Of a stretch of DNA of 24,097 nt, positions 24,077-24,097 are shown one piece after another (the stretch's first letter is position 1; every line of letters starts with the position of its first letter). Source of the DNA: a candidate division WOR-3 bacterium. Its GTDB lineage: Bacteria; Hydrothermota; Tepidihabitantia; Tepidihabitantales; Tepidihabitantaceae. Position numbers and translations under genes: made by a program. The notes under the pieces were generated by a model. The model made no database searches, was not told the DNA's origin, and saw only the letters and a list, made by a program, of their open reading frames with translations. Where the stretch lies: contig JBDRUH010000020.1 of assembly GCA_039801225.1 (NCBI GenBank), positions 1-24,097 on the forward strand, given 5' to 3'.

Positions 24077-24097
24077 ATGAAAAAGAAAATGAAGCGG
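24077..24097 (+). CDS. Probable start of a gene running off the window (MKKKMKR...)
   Basis: In-frame ATGs at 24077 and 24089 directly after a promoter; only 7 codons are visible. Confidence 0.35.

Overview
Bacterial chromosomal window with three blocks. (1) 1-1650: two small, convergent type II-like toxin-antitoxin operons (DUF4258/DUF2283-type and MntA/HepT). They are bracketed by a family of GTCATT...AATGAC palindromic repeats, a GTAG-type REP and 7-mer tandem repeats. (2) 1786-20575, minus strand: a 19-gene Wzx/Wzy surface-polysaccharide operon. It carries an apparently complete dTDP-viosamine route (rmlA, rmlB, vioA, vioB) and an unusually large acyl/aminoacyl-tailoring set (WbqC, a second PLP enzyme, TupA-like ATP-grasp, three GNATs, two deacetylases), behind a ~240 nt structured leader. 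(3) 21566-23800, plus strand: a secreted tail-fibre-like protein with 15-residue repeats, plus a small partner with a C-terminal FlgD-Ig/T9SS-type sorting domain. That domain style suggests an FCB-group host such as WOR-3 (inference). Five TTGACA-N16-TAnnnT promoters are visible, several placed for leaderless translation. All calls come from reading motifs by eye; no database searches were run.
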